DNA of 64,000 nt, taken from assembly GCF_018350175.1 (NCBI RefSeq), contig NC_058383.1:14882001-14946000 (forward strand), written 5' to 3'. Below the pieces are notes generated by a model that saw nothing but the letters and a program-made list of their open reading frames with translations, did not search any database and was not told the DNA's origin. The stretch comes from Felis catus. Its lineage: Eukaryota. Below are positions 63,953 through 64,000 of the stretch, in pieces. Each line of letters starts with the position of its first letter. Position 1 is the first letter of the stretch. The position numbers and the translations under genes are program-made.

Positions 63953-64000
63953 ACTTTAATTCTTCGGAAAATTGAAAAAAGTACAATACAAAATAAAAAA

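Larger units (their letters stand above)
2001..64000 (-). other. CALN1: Intron of CALN1 upstream of the EF-hand exon; the preceding exon lies beyond the window
   Basis: The exon begins in phase 1 mid-protein, and no ORF in the window resembles the CALN1 N-terminus. CALN1 is known to have very large introns. Confidence 0.85.

Noticed and set aside
1..64000. CRISPR array, prokaryotic or horizontally acquired system
   Set aside because: No repeat-spacer structure or gene-dense segment; all recurring ~200-bp repeats are dispersed SINEs.

Overview
This is mammalian genomic DNA from a felid, judged from about 35 Felidae-type Can-SINEs (SINEC_Fc/Fc2-like). The only protein-coding sequence I can support is a 144-bp internal exon of CALN1 (calneuron-1/CaBP8) on the minus strand at 1857-2000. 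It encodes EF-hand 1 and the start of EF-hand 2 ([48 protein letters not shown]), with canonical AG/GT phase 1/1 boundaries. Everything else is inferred to be CALN1 intron, made of Can-SINEs, L1, L2, MIR, MaLR/ERVL LTRs, a few DNA-transposon relics and microsatellites. The other ORFs in the track are repeat-derived or chance. The most notable structures are: (1) a ~300-bp insertion at 17695-17992 built from two inverted copies of nearby downstream DNA joined at a CCC microhomology; (2) a ~660-bp GGAA array that, on the CALN1 sense strand, reads as a polypyrimidine tract with 12 CUAAC branch-point motifs ending at an AAG acceptor and a possible 59-nt poison exon; (3) repeated serial SINE insertion at the same target sites; (4) multi-layer nested L1 stacks. 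I found no clearly new biological system. Repeat subfamily names and most boundaries are by-eye estimates.
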